64,000 nt of DNA from an uncultured Thermoplasmata archaeon (GTDB lineage Archaea > Thermoplasmatota > Thermoplasmata > Lutacidiplasmatales > UBA184), in NCBI GenBank assembly GCA_963735185.1, contig CAVTJV010000007.1, positions 200,566 to 264,565 on the forward strand, in the 5' to 3' direction. Shown piece after piece: positions 62,425-64,000 of this stretch. The notes under the pieces are model-generated. The model was not told where the DNA came from, searched no databases, and was given only the letters and a program-made list of their open reading frames with translations. Position 1 is the stretch's first letter. Each line of letters begins with the position of its first letter. Made by a program: the position numbers and the translations under genes.

Positions 62425-62795
62425 TCCGGTAGGGCCGCGAGCGCCGGACGCCAGAGAATGGCGTCGTCCGCGTCGTGACGGGTGAAGCCGGGGAAGGGCA
62501 GGTCGTATAACCAGACTATCGGGAGCGGTCGCCGTTTCCCCTGAATGAGGGGGCATAATCTACCCCTCCCATTCGCCTGGCCCGACCCAGCCCGCTTTCC
62601 TGGCTCCGCCAAACGCCCCGATTCCGGGTCCGACCACGGGGAGAACAGGGGTTCCGTGATCCAGCTCCTTCTCGGGCGATCCAATGCCGTCGGGCCAGAT
62701 TAGGAGTTATTCGTCGTCCTTTTCGGACCAATACGGGTTTATACGTATCGACAACACTGTACTATTGAGACTGGGGAGAACCTGGAGGCAATTCG

Positions 62796-63377
62796 ATGAG
62801 GGCGCGAACGTCTCAACGTACCGTTTACCTGGTGACCGCCGCGATCGTGGCCGCAATGGTCGGAGGGTTCGCCATCGCGAGTATGTCGATCGGCTCGACG
62901 AACACCAGCTACCAGGGTTCGCAGACGACCACGGTGTCGGCGGTGCCGGGCCTCACGTGGCTCAACACCACCTTGTCCGAGATCAACGTCACAGCGCCCG
63001 GATTCACCGACTGCACGACCGCCGGCGCCTGCATTGTCGCGACAGCCCTGGGCACCCCGACCGGCTACACGATCTGTGCGGGGGAATTCCCCGGCTTGGA
63101 CTGTGCGGCCGGAGACTTTGTCGAGCAGGTCGTCATCGCGGTCAGCACCTCGATACCGTTCCCGGCCAGCACCGTGGCGTTGACCGTGTTTCTCACCGGA
63201 ACGCCGGTCGGATTGTCCGAGGGAACATACGCCGGCCCCACCAGCTACTTCTCGGAATTGGGAGCCACCCCTACTCCGCCCTCGACGGCGGTCAATATCG
63301 TTCTCGACTTTGACATCGGTACCACCGTACACGGACCCGGCGGCGTGGCCTCGGTCAGCGTCATCGCCACCACGTAG
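62796..63377 (+). CDS. Secreted or membrane-anchored hypothetical protein
   Basis: Basic N-terminus with hydrophobic helix, Thr-rich beta body, four Cys; TTTATA box at 62738. Confidence 0.75.
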   Translation: MRARTSQRTVYLVTAAIVAAMVGGFAIASMSIGSTNTSYQGSQTTTVSAVPGLTWLNTTLSEINVTAPGFTDCTTAGACIVATALGTPTGYTICAGEFPGLDCAAGDFVEQVVIAVSTSIPFPASTVALTVFLTGTPVGLSEGTYAGPTSYFSELGATPTPPSTAVNIVLDFDIGTTVHGPGGVASVSVIATT

Positions 63378-63522
63378 GGCACCCAGGCTCGGTCTGGCCG
63401 CGAATGACCCGGTCCTCCTCCGCGGAACCGGGGGAGGATTCAATGATGGACGGTCCTTCCACCCCGAGGGGGGATGAGAAGAGGCACGGCGTCTTCGCCA
63501 GGCCAGCGGGTGGTCGTGCTTG

Positions 63523-64000
63523 ATGCCTCGAAGGACCGACAGCTCCGAAGACCTCCTGCGGAGTGTTCATCGCCCCGCCGCTTCAGCTTCGGTTCGTTAT
63601 GCTTCCGCTGGTCGTGCTGACCGAGCTCCCGCCCTCAATCGTAAGCGTCGCAATCTCGAGGGCGCGTTCCCTCTCCTCCTGATTGGGAGCGCACTGCTGG
63701 TCTACTGCGCCATCCTGCGCAACGAGGCGCTCGCATCGAACGGCGCCCACTTTCCCCTGTGGGGCGTAGTGGGGGCGGTCGGAGCGGTAATTGCCGGTGC
63801 CGGGGTCTACTCTGTCTTCCTGGACCCATCCATGTCACCCGAGGAAGCGCCGGAGGGCTTCGTCATGGTGCCCAAGACCGAGTGGGAGGCGGCACGGGCC
63901 GCTCGCCGCGCGAGCGCTCGGTCCACTACCCCAGTGCAGCCGCCTCCGTGGTGGGAAGGGCCGGCGCCCGTTACTGAACCCCCCTCAGTGCGACCGACAC
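63523..64000 (+). CDS. Hypothetical membrane protein, truncated by window end (start uncertain)
   Basis: Open frame with two hydrophobic segments (AFPLLLIGSALLVYCAIL, FPLWGVVGAVGAVIAGAGVYSVFL). Confidence 0.5.
   Translation, partial: MPRRTDSSEDLLRSVHRPAASASVRYASAGRADRAPALNRKRRNLEGAFPLLLIGSALLVYCAILRNEALASNGAHFPLWGVVGAVGAVIAGAGVYSVFLDPSMSPEEAPEGFVMVPKTEWEAARAARRASARSTTPVQPPPWWEGPAPVTEPPSVRPT

Noticed and set aside
62502-62570. Purine-riboswitch-like start (TCGTATAA...GTTTC)
   Set aside because: The P2/P3 stems and the CCGTAAA and GACTAC elements are missing
279-62684. Many long antisense or alternate-frame ORFs (for example 279-2027, 7189-9075, 48894-50615)
   Set aside because: Arg/Pro/Gly-rich shadows of well-supported genes, expected at high GC; no motifs

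Overview
High-GC archaeal chromosome segment. Gene content (giant AglB, TiaS, RaSEA, Top6AB, CTP-dependent RibK, DnaK, tricorn-factor-like M1 peptidase) suggests a Thermoplasmata archaeon; this is an inference. Most of the window is housekeeping: the end of a nuo operon with isoprenoid genes, top6BA, sucCD, coaBC, korAB, tiaS, hisS, nadE, citrate synthase and dnaK. The main discovery is a 4,775-bp cargo transposon at 50715-55489, inserted just upstream of the dnaK TATA box. It has imperfect terminal inverted repeats starting GGTTCTGCTT, a 9-bp target duplication (CTTGACCGC) and an IS6-like DDE transposase. It carries a class II tRNA gene with a serine-type body (long variable arm, G73) but an isoleucine UAU anticodon, held in a leader/trailer duplex. 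Other cargo is a putative HEPN (RxxxxH) protein, an AbrB/MazE-like protein, a 2-TM protein and an 11-bp-period GTGCRCAC repeat array. This is a candidate mobile mistranslation, toxin or defence module. Also notable: a tRNA-His with a 32-nt non-canonical T-loop intron in a strict BHB motif, a 35-aa eL41 gene missing from the ORF track, and four apparent +1 frameshifts that all sit at GTAC sites, probably a methylation-linked sequencing artefact.
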